Below the pieces are notes generated by a model. The model was not told where the DNA came from. It searched no databases and saw nothing but the letters and a program-made list of their open reading frames with translations. Made by a program: the position numbers and the translations under genes. From IMG/VR virus record IMGVR_UViG_3300017780_002943, positions 3,415 through 67,414 of that record: DNA of 64,000 nucleotides; one strand, written 5' to 3'. This document shows, in pieces, positions 37,887 through 47,527 of the stretch. The first letter of the stretch is position 1, and each line of letters opens with the position of its first letter. This stretch comes from a virus. Lineage: Duplodnaviria; Caudoviricetes.

Positions 37887-38494
37887 TGGCTACACTATCA
37901 CAAGAGGTTAAAAACTTTGTACAGAATGCCAGAGGGTTAGATAATGCAAAGACTGCTGCAAATCAATGGTATAAAACAGTCGGTAAGAGTAAGGGCGACA
38001 CTAGCATACAAACATATGCTGGACCATTCCAACCAGGTAAAATATACATTTTCAGATATCAGGATCCTGTAACAAAGGAAAGACTTGAACAATGGGATGC
38101 TAATCCGGTAGTATTAAGTCTAGGCACAGTTGATGGAAATGACATAGGCGTTAATCTTAATTATCTACCACAGGATATTAAACTTAGAGTTTTAGATAAA
38201 ATTTATAAAAGCTTTGGTTCTAAAATAGAAGAACAGGAAAGTAAAAAACCAGGTCAGGCAAAAGCGCAGAAGCCTATTCTTTCATTTAATGAAAAAACAA
38301 TAATGAAGTTTCTGAATACTGCTGGACTCGGTTATGCTATAAAAAGATATGTTACAAATCTAAGGCAAAGCACAAAAGTAGTATCAGCTGAAGGATGGGT
38401 CTATATCCCTCTTCTTAATCTGGCTCAATTTAAGAAAACAGATATCAGAAAGGTACAGTCAGGATATAGCAAATATATAAACAAGAAAAAATAA
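37886..38494 (+). CDS. gp2: DNA end protector, T4 gp2-like
   Basis: PGKIYIFRY-DP-TKE-LEQWD-P, GVNLNYLP. Confidence 0.8.
   Translation: MATLSQEVKNFVQNARGLDNAKTAANQWYKTVGKSKGDTSIQTYAGPFQPGKIYIFRYQDPVTKERLEQWDANPVVLSLGTVDGNDIGVNLNYLPQDIKLRVLDKIYKSFGSKIEEQESKKPGQAKAQKPILSFNEKTIMKFLNTAGLGYAIKRYVTNLRQSTKVVSAEGWVYIPLLNLAQFKKTDIRKVQSGYSKYINKKK
38472..38479 (+). promoter_or_regulatory. Putative late promoter AATATATA of portal
   Basis: 20 nt before ATG 38500, inside the gp2 3' end. Confidence 0.5.
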
Positions 38495-38499
38495 TTTAG

Positions 38500-40098
38500 A
38501 TGGCAGGATTCCTAGATAGATTCGGACCCTTTAGTAAAAGATTTTCAATTTCAAAGTCATTGCAAAATCTGAGTAGCCTGGGAATGAAGTATGACGATAT
38601 GATTATCCGTAACTCTCAAGCAATTGGTGTTACTGAAGATAAGTTTGGTTATACAATGATTAACCCGTATGGTCTAGAAAATGAAGACTACTGGTACCCA
38701 TTTGCAGCCTTATCAATGGCTGACACAACTCTTAAAAAGAGTATTAGCTTTTTTATACAACAATATCCTCAAAAGAGAATTGAACTTAGGAAGTTTGCAA
38801 CTCAAGATGAGATTGAAGATATATTAGACACACTTTGTGATGAAGCAGTTGTATATGATAGTAAAAACTATTTTGCTTATCCCGATGCTTCTCACCTAGG
38901 TCTATCTGAAGACGTGCAAAAATATATTGTAAGCGCCTTTAACCAGATATACCAATACTTTGGCTTTACTCAAGACCAATCAGGTTGGTACTATTTCCGT
39001 AAATGGTTGATTGATGGATATTTAGCATTTGAAATAATCTACAATGATGATCAGTCTGAAGTCATTGGTTTCAAAGAAATCGACCCAGTTAGTTTAATGC
39101 CTGCCGTTGACAAGGAAACCAATAAAAAGATTTGGTATCAACATAAAAATGATCCAGTTAAACAAAGAAAGCTTTATGATTCACAAGTGATCTATCTTTC
39201 TTATTCATCGGTCGCAACAAACGAAAGAGTATCTTACGTAGAACGCCTAGTCAGAGCCTTCAATCTTCTACGTATCATGGAGCATACAAGAGTTATATGG
39301 GCTACGATGAACGCTTCTTATAGAATGAAATTCTTGATTCCTGTAGGTGGCAAATCTAAAACCCGTGCTCGCCAATCTTTAGGTCAGTTGATGAATAACT
39401 ATCGTGAAATTGTAGACTTTGATTTTGACTCAGGTTCAATGACAGTTAATGGTAAACCTATGATGAGTTTCAATAAAGAATACTGGTTACCTTCTAAAGA
39501 TGGTGAACAACCAGAGATTGAAACGCTAGGTAATGACGGTCCAGACCTGAGCGATACAGATGCTCTTAAATACTTCCACGATAAATTGAAACTGGCTTCT
39601 AAAATTCCTTTCAGCCGTTTTGATAAAGACAGCCCTGCTACATACGAAATGACAGCAGAAGGTCTTATCAGAGAAGAGATTAAATTTAGCAAATTCATTA
39701 ACAGATTACGTTCTTCATTCCAGGAACTTCTGGTTAAACCTCTTTACATTCAAGTGTGTCTTAAATTCCCTGAGCTACAAAAGGACTTAAATCTTAAGTC
39801 AATGATCTCAATTCAGTACAATAAAGATAACATGTTCGATGAATTAAAGACTATGGAGATTATGCAAAAGCGCCTAGACTTTATTAGTGCGCTTAAAGAT
39901 AATCTAGTAGAGACCGATGAGAACATGAATGATGTCCCATACTTCGATCTAGACTTCTTAGTTAAAAAGTATTTGAAAATGGATCCTAGTGATCTAAATC
40001 AAAACGTAGAAACCAAGAAGAAAAAAGAAGAAGAGAAAAAGAAAAAGGCCGAGGAAGGTGGTGGAGATGATTTAGGCTTAGGCGGCCTTGGTATCTAA
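38500..40098 (+). CDS. gp20: Portal protein, T4 gp20-like
   Basis: WLIDG, SYVE, NLLRIME, EYWLP, IETL, LYKASKIP-like KLASKIPFSRF, EEIKFSKFI-RLR. Confidence 0.93.
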   Translation: MAGFLDRFGPFSKRFSISKSLQNLSSLGMKYDDMIIRNSQAIGVTEDKFGYTMINPYGLENEDYWYPFAALSMADTTLKKSISFFIQQYPQKRIELRKFATQDEIEDILDTLCDEAVVYDSKNYFAYPDASHLGLSEDVQKYIVSAFNQIYQYFGFTQDQSGWYYFRKWLIDGYLAFEIIYNDDQSEVIGFKEIDPVSLMPAVDKETNKKIWYQHKNDPVKQRKLYDSQVIYLSYSSVATNERVSYVERLVRAFNLLRIMEHTRVIWATMNASYRMKFLIPVGGKSKTRARQSLGQLMNNYREIVDFDFDSGSMTVNGKPMMSFNKEYWLPSKDGEQPEIETLGNDGPDLSDTDALKYFHDKLKLASKIPFSRFDKDSPATYEMTAEGLIREEIKFSKFINRLRSSFQELLVKPLYIQVCLKFPELQKDLNLKSMISIQYNKDNMFDELKTMEIMQKRLDFISALKDNLVETDENMNDVPYFDLDFLVKKYLKMDPSDLNQNVETKKKKEEEKKKKAEEGGGDDLGLGGLGI

Positions 40099-40123
40099 TC
40101 CTGCGAAAAAACCCGGAGGCGAA

Positions 40124-40131
40124 AATATATA
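40124..40131 (+). promoter_or_regulatory. Putative late promoter AATATATA
   Basis: 22 nt before ATG 40154. Confidence 0.55.
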
Positions 40132-40153
40132 CAAAAAATTGCTCAATACAAAT

Positions 40154-41917
40154 ATGGCAGATAATCAATATCTATTAGTTCTAGAGCGTTCGACGAACCA
40201 GCTTCATATAAACAACGAGTCTGGGGAATATATCCTTGAAGGAATATTCGGTGAAATCGGCGTAAAGAACAAGAATAATCGTATCTATGACGAGAACGAA
40301 TATGTACCACAGATAAAGTCTTTACAAGAAAAGATAAAGGGCGGTAAATTACTGGGTGAGTTAGATCACCCATCTAGTTTCGATATCTCTCTTAAGAACG
40401 CATCACACGTTATTGAAAATCTAGAGTACGATCAGAATACTAAGCAGGTTAAAGGCCGTATCAGACTTCTTAATACTACTGCAGGCCGTGAAGCTAAAGC
40501 ATTAGTAGATGCAGGTGTTCCAATCCATATTTCAAGTAGAGCAGCAGGCGTTGTAGAAAGTAATGGTCATGTTAAAATCAAAAAGCTTTTTACATACGAT
40601 CTTGTAGCAGATCCTGGTTTTGAAAACGCAGAACTTAAAAGAGTTAATGAATCATTTGGCTTTGAGGCCGATGATGACGTACAGCTTTTTGAGCTACCAG
40701 GCAATTTTAACTTCGATAAATATAACATAACAGAAAATAACTATTCGAACGACATGTCTGATTATATTAAAAATGAAGACTTTAATAAGTATACGCAATA
40801 CTTGGCTAATGAGATGTCAAAAATCCATGAGTCGATAAAAGGTATCAAAGAAGGCGTTAACAATAACCCAAATGAAGGCGTTATTAAGTACACAGAACAT
40901 ATAGCAGAAAAGGTCAATGAACTTCATGCTTATACTAGTTTTATCGCCGAGAATCTAGATAATGTTATTACACACAACGATCATATCGTAGAAGGTGTAA
41001 ACGGCATGGAAAAATACATGAACTATGTAGCTGAAAGGGCGGATCAAGGTATTCAGTACAGCGAATCAATCGCTGAAAAGGCTGAGAAGATTATTGAGTT
41101 CTCTAACTATCTTTCAGAGAATATGGATAGTCTAGCGCAGCACAATGATTATTTGACCGAAGGCCTTAATAATGTAGTTAAGTTCGCTGATTACTTAAAA
41201 GAAAATCTTGAAACAGTTGGTGGTTACAGCAATTATGTTGGTGAAAACCTAGATAGACTAAGCAAGAGACTTTCAGGTAATGTAGACTCACCAGCAGATG
41301 CGGTTTCTAATACCGATCCTGCTAAGCCAGCTGAAACGCAAGTACACGAATCTTCAGACTACAAAAAGTCAATTACAGAGAAATTACAACTTCTTATAGA
41401 ATCTGCTCAGAAGCAAACAGCAGTAAACAATGGTGATATGCAATTCTTGAATTTCTTAAATGAAGACAAGAAGACGCAGTTCCAATCTTTGAATGAAAGT
41501 ATGAGAAACGAGTTAATCGAAACTTACAAATCAAACAAAGAATACTTCGCTGGCAATGTTGCCAATGAAATCTTCGAATCAGTAGTAAATAGAGACTCAG
41601 GTACTCCTGACTTTATCAAGCGTATGCCGGTAGAGTACAATGAAACCTGGTCAAAGCTTTCTACTAATAGAAAAAGCGAAATCGTAGCCGAATCAAAGAG
41701 ATACAATCTGGCAACAGAGTATCAAATCAATAACTTCTGGCAAACACGCGATCTTAGAGACAAGCAAGTTCAAGTTGAACGTATCAATGAATCTAAAGTT
41801 GCAGCACCAGATGATGTTAAAGGCTATCAGGTTTCAAACTCTTTCTTAGACGGTTTCAAGAATCAACTTGAAGGCAGATTTGCAAAATACACCAAAGAAA
41901 ACAACAAAAACAAATAA
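40154..41917 (+). CDS. Prohead protease (gp21-like) fused to a scaffold-like coiled-coil domain
   Basis: NKNNRIY, GELDHP, SSRAAG, YDLVADPGF, then 14-aa Y-x-x-Y/H-I/L-A-E repeats; ATG 40154 preferred to TTG 40088. Confidence 0.85.
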   Translation: MADNQYLLVLERSTNQLHINNESGEYILEGIFGEIGVKNKNNRIYDENEYVPQIKSLQEKIKGGKLLGELDHPSSFDISLKNASHVIENLEYDQNTKQVKGRIRLLNTTAGREAKALVDAGVPIHISSRAAGVVESNGHVKIKKLFTYDLVADPGFENAELKRVNESFGFEADDDVQLFELPGNFNFDKYNITENNYSNDMSDYIKNEDFNKYTQYLANEMSKIHESIKGIKEGVNNNPNEGVIKYTEHIAEKVNELHAYTSFIAENLDNVITHNDHIVEGVNGMEKYMNYVAERADQGIQYSESIAEKAEKIIEFSNYLSENMDSLAQHNDYLTEGLNNVVKFADYLKENLETVGGYSNYVGENLDRLSKRLSGNVDSPADAVSNTDPAKPAETQVHESSDYKKSITEKLQLLIESAQKQTAVNNGDMQFLNFLNEDKKTQFQSLNESMRNELIETYKSNKEYFAGNVANEIFESVVNRDSGTPDFIKRMPVEYNETWSKLSTNRKSEIVAESKRYNLATEYQINNFWQTRDLRDKQVQVERINESKVAAPDDVKGYQVSNSFLDGFKNQLEGRFAKYTKENNKNK

Positions 41918-41935
41918 AAAACAAATTTCCAAAAA

Positions 41936-43693
41936 ATGTTACAAATGATTAACGAAGCGGAAGTTAAAGCAGCATGGTCTCCTATCATCGAGAGCGCTAC
42001 TGGTATCTCTGATCCTAGTAAACTCGAATGGATGTCTAAGTATTGCCACTTCCACAAACTTGCAGAAGATGCAGGTATGGTAAATGAGAGCGTGTATAAC
42101 TACGTTCACATGAATCCTGGTATGAACGTTCCAGGTATGGGTCCAGTATTTTCACCTGGTGCACCTGGTCTTAACGTTGACTTCCAAGCACAAACTGCCG
42201 GTTCTGGCGACAAGCCTTTCAGCCTTCTTCCACTTGCTATGCAAGTTGCTGCACAGACTGTAGGTCTTGACCTTGTACCTGTAGTTCCAATGGGTGGTCC
42301 ATTCGGTATGTTGACTTACCTTGACTTCCCTTACTCTGGTGGTGCTCTTACAGACCCATCACAAGCAGTTAACGGTCTAGGCGGTGCTGACGGTCGTACA
42401 GCTCCAGTAATGATTAAGGCTGACCTTTACGCTGAGTTCAACACTACTACAGATGTTGAGCCAGGTGACGTATACTACGTAACTAACGGTTCTGAAGTTC
42501 CTTACCGTTTCACAGTAGTTGGTCGTTCACGTATCGACGGTTTCCCAATCTTTAAGATTGACACTAACGAAGATACTACAACGTACTCTTATCCTTCAAC
42601 CTTCAGCGCAGGTAACCTAGTTGGTTCAGCTTACACTATCGCTGATGTCTTCAATGATACAGCTACTCCAGGTCCTTGGTTCTTGTCAACCAACGCAACA
42701 ACTGGTGCTAGTGTACTTTCTGGTTCAATCGGTTCACTTGATGTAACCCCTGAATTGGTAAAAGCTCTTGAAGATCACATCTCAGGTTTCTCTGGTCGTG
42801 GTTTCTCAGCTGGTGAAGTTACTTCTAACGATCCATACCTAAGAGAAGAAGGTGAATCTACTAAGGAGAACTTAATGGGTCTTCAGTTGTTTAACAAGTC
42901 AGTTGCTGCGGCTACTGTACAAGTTGCAGCTGCTGTAACTCGTGAACAAGTTCAAGACCTTAAGCAGTACGGTATCGACGCAGTTGCTCAAGTTGAAGCA
43001 GTTCTTATCAACGAATTGACTCAGACTATCAACAAGAACATCCTTGAAAGATTGTTCCGTCTAGGTGCTACTAACGCTCAACAAGTGTATAGCATTGACA
43101 GTACTAACCTTAACCTTTATGTAGCTGCTTCTGGTACGTTTACATTTAACCTAGGTAAAGGTGCTTACACTAACTCTAACGTAACAATCGCTACTCCTGC
43201 TACTGTTCCAACGAATGGTGACAACGGTGGTACATTGCAACGTAAGATTATGAGTAAGATCTTAGCTGCTGCTAACCTTATCGCAATCCGCGGTCGTCGT
43301 GGTGCTGCCAACTTCGCTGTTACAAACGGTCAAATTGCTTCAGCTCTACAAGACATCGCCGGTTTCGTGCCTTACCCACTTAGCAACACAGTAAGCCAAG
43401 CTGCTGGTTCACTTTACCCAATCGGTTCTATCGCCGGTGTTAACATTTATGTTGACCCTAACATGGCATGGACTGATACACGTATCTGTATCGGTAGAAA
43501 AGGTGATGCTAACTCACCAGGTTTGGTATTCATGCCTTACTTGATGGCAGAGTCTGTACAAACTATCGCAGAAGGTACAATGGCTCCAAAAATCGCAGTT
43601 AAATCACGTTATGCATTAGTAGAAGCTGGTTTCTTCCCGCAAATCTACTACATCACACTTGGTGTTAACTTCGGTTCTTACAACATGATCTAA
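41936..43693 (+). CDS. gp23: Major capsid protein, T4 gp23-like
   Basis: DLVPVVPM-GP, EAVLINELTQTINK, FMPY, PKIAVKSRYAL. Confidence 0.93.
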   Translation: MLQMINEAEVKAAWSPIIESATGISDPSKLEWMSKYCHFHKLAEDAGMVNESVYNYVHMNPGMNVPGMGPVFSPGAPGLNVDFQAQTAGSGDKPFSLLPLAMQVAAQTVGLDLVPVVPMGGPFGMLTYLDFPYSGGALTDPSQAVNGLGGADGRTAPVMIKADLYAEFNTTTDVEPGDVYYVTNGSEVPYRFTVVGRSRIDGFPIFKIDTNEDTTTYSYPSTFSAGNLVGSAYTIADVFNDTATPGPWFLSTNATTGASVLSGSIGSLDVTPELVKALEDHISGFSGRGFSAGEVTSNDPYLREEGESTKENLMGLQLFNKSVAAATVQVAAAVTREQVQDLKQYGIDAVAQVEAVLINELTQTINKNILERLFRLGATNAQQVYSIDSTNLNLYVAASGTFTFNLGKGAYTNSNVTIATPATVPTNGDNGGTLQRKIMSKILAAANLIAIRGRRGAANFAVTNGQIASALQDIAGFVPYPLSNTVSQAAGSLYPIGSIAGVNIYVDPNMAWTDTRICIGRKGDANSPGLVFMPYLMAESVQTIAEGTMAPKIAVKSRYALVEAGFFPQIYYITLGVNFGSYNMI

Positions 43694-43712
43694 TCTTAAT
43701 TAGAATCTATAT

Positions 43713-43739
43713 AAAAAGCGCTCTTCGGAGCGCTTTTTT
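43713..43739 (+). terminator. Intrinsic terminator with C(UUCG)G tetraloop
   Basis: GCGCTC-TTCG-GAGCGC + T6 after the MCP gene. Confidence 0.92.
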
Positions 43740-43754
43740 ATTGTCTATAGTACA

Positions 43755-43762
43755 GATATATA
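43755..43762 (+). promoter_or_regulatory. Putative late promoter GATATATA
   Basis: 31 nt before ATG 43794. Confidence 0.55.
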
Positions 43763-43793
43763 GATTAGTAATAAATAAATAAAATAACTAGTT

Positions 43794-45644
43794 ATGAAAA
43801 TTTCAATTCCAGTATTAGATAGCTATATTGAAAAATGTAAATCTGATGGTGTAAAACCTATATTCGAAAGTTTTACAACAGAAAACACTGAAACTATATC
43901 CCATATCGATTCTAAATTATTTGAAGCGTATGAGGCTTATACAAACGACTCACGTATAATTTCAATTCTTGAATATCAAGCAATCAAATCATATTCTGAA
44001 TTTTTAGAAAATGAGGATGAGTTAGCTAATATGCCAGAAGAAGAGGAGGAGGAAGTTGAAGACAACATGGCTAATTCTGATAATGCAGAATCTGAGGAGT
44101 CTGATGACGATGACGATGATGAAGTAGAAGAGGCTGCTAAAGAAATAAAGAAGGCCGAACATGGTCCAGAGAAGAACGCAAAAATCAAAGAGATGCCAGC
44201 TACCGACGATGATTTTGGCATTGAAATAGATATTGAAGGTTTCGGTAAAGATGTTGATGCCAGCTTCAAAGAGATTGAAGACGAAATCATGAAAATGGGA
44301 GAGCCTGAAAAGCAAAATGCTAAAGACGGCGAGGAGTTGGTAGGTGAAGAATCACAAGAGGCTGAACGCCAGCTTACAGAGGAAGAACTCTTAGAAGCCG
44401 CTGAAGAAAATAATATCATTATTGACTTCTTGTTCCGTAGACCAAAGCTTAAAAAGATCATGAAAAAGGCTACAGATCTTCGTTTAAAGGGAGTACAAGC
44501 TGAGACTAAAGCAACAGAGATGATTGCACAGAAAAACGAGGAGATGGATGAAAAGATTGCACAGCTTAAAGAAAAAGGTGCATCACCTGATCAGATCAAA
44601 AAATTCAAAGAAAAGTACAAACAGGGTATAGACAAATTTGAAGATACTCTTGAGAAAAAAATAGATGCTGCAACTGATGCTGCTGATGAAATTGAAAAAG
44701 AGGCAGAAGAGACTGCAACTTCAAGCTACTTAAAGAGAGTTCTTTCTAGAGAAAGAATTACATCAAGAATGGAAGAGGCTCAGGCTAAAATGCAAACTGC
44801 AGATGAGACCAAGCAAGCCGAACTTAAAGCCAATATGCAAGAAATGGGACAAGAGGCTGCAGAAATAGACAAAGAGCTTACTGCACAGGATGGAGAAGCT
44901 AAGCAAAAGCAAAAAGAACTTGGTTTAGAACCAGAAGATTATACAAAGCTAGACGAGGTAAACACTGCTTTAGATAACATCAAAGACAAGGAAAAAATAG
45001 TGTCTAATAAAATGTCTAGCGCAACTGAAGATAAAGAAAAGCAGACATTACAAAAGACACAGGACGATTTAGATGAACAAAAATTCAAACAATGGCAAAC
45101 CGGTTCAAGTGTTTTAGATAAAGTAAAAGATAAAGACAAAAAAGCTTCAATGTATAGAGGTCTGACAGGTGTTGGTGAAATAAACAACAAGGCTGAAATG
45201 GATGATTACATTGAAACAAAGACTGCTGAAGCTAAAGAAAAAGGTAAGGGTGGAGAAGCCGAAACTACAACAGCAGCAGAGACAACAACTGAAGCCGAAA
45301 CTACAACAGCAGCAGAGACAACAACTGAAGCCGAAACTACTACAGCAGCCGAAACTACTACAGCAGCAGAGACAACAACAGCAGCAGAGACAACAACTGA
45401 AGCCGAAACTACTACAGCAGCAGAGACAACAACTGAAGCCGAAACTACTACAGCAGCAGAGACAACAACTGAAGCCGAAACTACTACAGCAGCAGAGACA
45501 ACAGCAGCAGAGACAACAACAGCAGCAGAGACAACAACTGAAGCCGAAACTACTACTAAAAAGAACGCTAATGCTTCAGTAGACACTTCAATATATGAAA
45601 GCGTTGCTCAACGATTTAGAAAAGCATATAAAGGAAATAAATAA
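43794..45644 (+). CDS. Acidic coiled-coil late protein with a C-terminal Thr-rich tandem repeat
   Basis: D/E tracts, internal CTS-like IKSYSEFLENE (aa 64-74), (A/E)AETTT repeats. Confidence 0.7.
   Translation: MKISIPVLDSYIEKCKSDGVKPIFESFTTENTETISHIDSKLFEAYEAYTNDSRIISILEYQAIKSYSEFLENEDELANMPEEEEEEVEDNMANSDNAESEESDDDDDDEVEEAAKEIKKAEHGPEKNAKIKEMPATDDDFGIEIDIEGFGKDVDASFKEIEDEIMKMGEPEKQNAKDGEELVGEESQEAERQLTEEELLEAAEENNIIIDFLFRRPKLKKIMKKATDLRLKGVQAETKATEMIAQKNEEMDEKIAQLKEKGASPDQIKKFKEKYKQGIDKFEDTLEKKIDAATDAADEIEKEAEETATSSYLKRVLSRERITSRMEEAQAKMQTADETKQAELKANMQEMGQEAAEIDKELTAQDGEAKQKQKELGLEPEDYTKLDEVNTALDNIKDKEKIVSNKMSSATEDKEKQTLQKTQDDLDEQKFKQWQTGSSVLDKVKDKDKKASMYRGLTGVGEINNKAEMDDYIETKTAEAKEKGKGGEAETTTAAETTTEAETTTAAETTTEAETTTAAETTTAAETTTAAETTTEAETTTAAETTTEAETTTAAETTTEAETTTAAETTAAETTTAAETTTEAETTTKKNANASVDTSIYESVAQRFRKAYKGNK
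45255..45557 (+). repeat. In-frame 18-bp tandem repeat, 17 units encoding (E/A)AETTT (one unit 15 bp)
   Basis: Counted from sequence and translation: 303 bp; 36-bp higher-order unit GAAGCCGAAACTACAACAGCAGCAGAGACAACAACT. Confidence 0.95.
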
Positions 45645-45694
45645 TTAGTAATTGAAAATACAACAGGTGTAATTTATTACTAAATAATAATCTT

Positions 45695-45718
45695 AAAGAC
45701 CTCAATTGAGGTCTTTTT
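45695..45718 (+). terminator. Intrinsic terminator
   Basis: GACCTC-AATT-GAGGTC + T5. Confidence 0.8.
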
Positions 45719-45738
45719 GGTGTTTAGATAAATAATAT

Positions 45739-46695
45739 ATGCTTACACTAGAACAATATAAGTCTTGTAAAAAGATTACAGTAGTTTCAGTTATTGAAGA
45801 TAGGGAATACTTTTTATGGCAACAAGAAGTGCAATCGTTATTCATGAAAGAAAATTACCCATATATCAATTTCGAAGTTGTAGTTTTACATGAGAGTGAA
45901 ATACCTTCCGATTGGTCCAAACATTTATCAAGTATTTCAAATGTTTCATATTATAGATTAACTAAAAACATAACTGAGTCGTTTAAAGGTTATAAAGCTG
46001 CAAGAAAGCCATACGGATTATATTTAAGAACTTCTGATACTTCAAAGCCAAAGCTTGAAAATATATTAGCAATAGATTCAGATGTTCTCTTTAACAAGGA
46101 TCTAAATTATAGTAAGCTAGTAGAAAATAGGGATTGGCATTTTTCAAACTGTGAAAGTTATCTTGGTTATAATTATCTAAGAAAACATTTAAGTGAAGAT
46201 CAGATATCAGAAATCGCTAATATTGTAGGGATTGATGTCAAAATAATTAAAGAGAATACTTCAGCAGGAGGTGCGCAGTATCTTTATAAAAATGCTAAGC
46301 CTGAATACTTTATGAAGTCAGCTACGGATAGTATTAAAGTACATGAAAAATTAAAAGAGTATCAAGCAGATGGGTCTAAAATACAAATACACTGCTCTGA
46401 AATGTGGACCCAGTTATGGAATGCATTAATGATTGAAAATGTAAAAGTAACAGACGACATGTCTTTTACTTGGGCACCCGATAAAATATCCGAATCACAC
46501 AATTTTTATTTTACGCATTTTGCAGGAAATCCAGGTGAAGGCTCATTTGAGAAGGTTAAACATGCCAATCCATTTAAGACAATGAATTTATCAGAAATTA
46601 AAGTTACTGATAATAATGCTTATAAATGGGCAACCTTGATAGAAAAATATAAACCAACTTCCTACTCATACTTATATGTCAATACGCCGAACTAA
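45739..46695 (+). CDS. GT-A-type glycosyltransferase-like protein
   Basis: RKPYGL, DxD in AIDSDVLF (46075-46083), AGGAQY, CSEMWTQLWN. Confidence 0.65.
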   Translation: MLTLEQYKSCKKITVVSVIEDREYFLWQQEVQSLFMKENYPYINFEVVVLHESEIPSDWSKHLSSISNVSYYRLTKNITESFKGYKAARKPYGLYLRTSDTSKPKLENILAIDSDVLFNKDLNYSKLVENRDWHFSNCESYLGYNYLRKHLSEDQISEIANIVGIDVKIIKENTSAGGAQYLYKNAKPEYFMKSATDSIKVHEKLKEYQADGSKIQIHCSEMWTQLWNALMIENVKVTDDMSFTWAPDKISESHNFYFTHFAGNPGEGSFEKVKHANPFKTMNLSEIKVTDNNAYKWATLIEKYKPTSYSYLYVNTPN

Positions 46696-47527
46696 TTATA
46701 TCAAACCTGAAAGAGTACAAAAAGAAGCCCCTTTAAACAAGAGGCTCAATAATGTACATCAGAAACCTGTAGATAAAAAAATGGGTGCGGTTTCTAATCC
46801 GGCTAGAATGACTATAGACGAGAAAAGGGCCAGAATTAAAGAGGTAAGAGAGAAGCAGGCTATTGCTGAACAGAGAAAGCAAACTCAAATTCAACAAAGG
46901 GTTAATCCTAGACGAGCAAGCTATAACTATGGTAGCATACCTAAAGTATGGAAAGACCAGACGGTTTATATAGTTGCAGGTGGCGCAAGCTTAAGTGATT
47001 TTGATTTCAATAGGCTAAATGGTAAGAACGTAATAGCAATCAATAAAGCCTTTAGATATGTTAAAGAGCCTGGTGCTATATACTGGACAGATAGTCGTTT
47101 TTATACATGGTACAAATCTGAAATAGATGAAATACATTGTATGAAATTCACCGGCAGCACTAACCCTAGGGATCTTGCGTCAGATGTTACTCTTTTAAGA
47201 CCAGCAGGTGGAAAGACAATTGATTTAACATCACCAGATAGTCTATCAACCGGTAACAATTCAGGTTATGGTGCAATCAGTCTTGCTATAAAGCTAGGTG
47301 CTAAAAAGATATATTTACTGGGATATGATATGGGTCATACTGGAGGTAAATCACACTTTCATGATGGATATCCTGCAGGTAATAGCAGAGATCATATTTA
47401 CAAAGGAATGATGAGATACTTTAATGACAATGCAGACATACTTAATCATGCTGCTGAAATCTATAACACAAATCCTAAAAGTAACCTAAAGGTGTTTAAG
47501 TTCTGTAATCTGTCTTCTATTTTTTAA
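46676..47527 (+). CDS. DUF115 / MAF_flag10 / MptE-like (sialyltransferase-like Rossmann) domain protein
   Basis: VYIVAGGASL, VIAIN, NSGYGAISLAIKLGAKKIYLLGYDM; basic N-terminal extension. Confidence 0.65.
   Translation: MSIRRTNYIKPERVQKEAPLNKRLNNVHQKPVDKKMGAVSNPARMTIDEKRARIKEVREKQAIAEQRKQTQIQQRVNPRRASYNYGSIPKVWKDQTVYIVAGGASLSDFDFNRLNGKNVIAINKAFRYVKEPGAIYWTDSRFYTWYKSEIDEIHCMKFTGSTNPRDLASDVTLLRPAGGKTIDLTSPDSLSTGNNSGYGAISLAIKLGAKKIYLLGYDMGHTGGKSHFHDGYPAGNSRDHIYKGMMRYFNDNADILNHAAEIYNTNPKSNLKVFKFCNLSSIF

Noticed and set aside
45255-45557. Possible CRISPR array
   Set aside because: No unique spacers; units are contiguous, in frame and protein-coding
45202-45586. Poly-Q ORF (+, 45202..45582) and VVSAA-repeat ORF (-, 45206..45586)
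   Set aside because: By-products of a stop-free tandem repeat read in other frames; no independent expression signals seen
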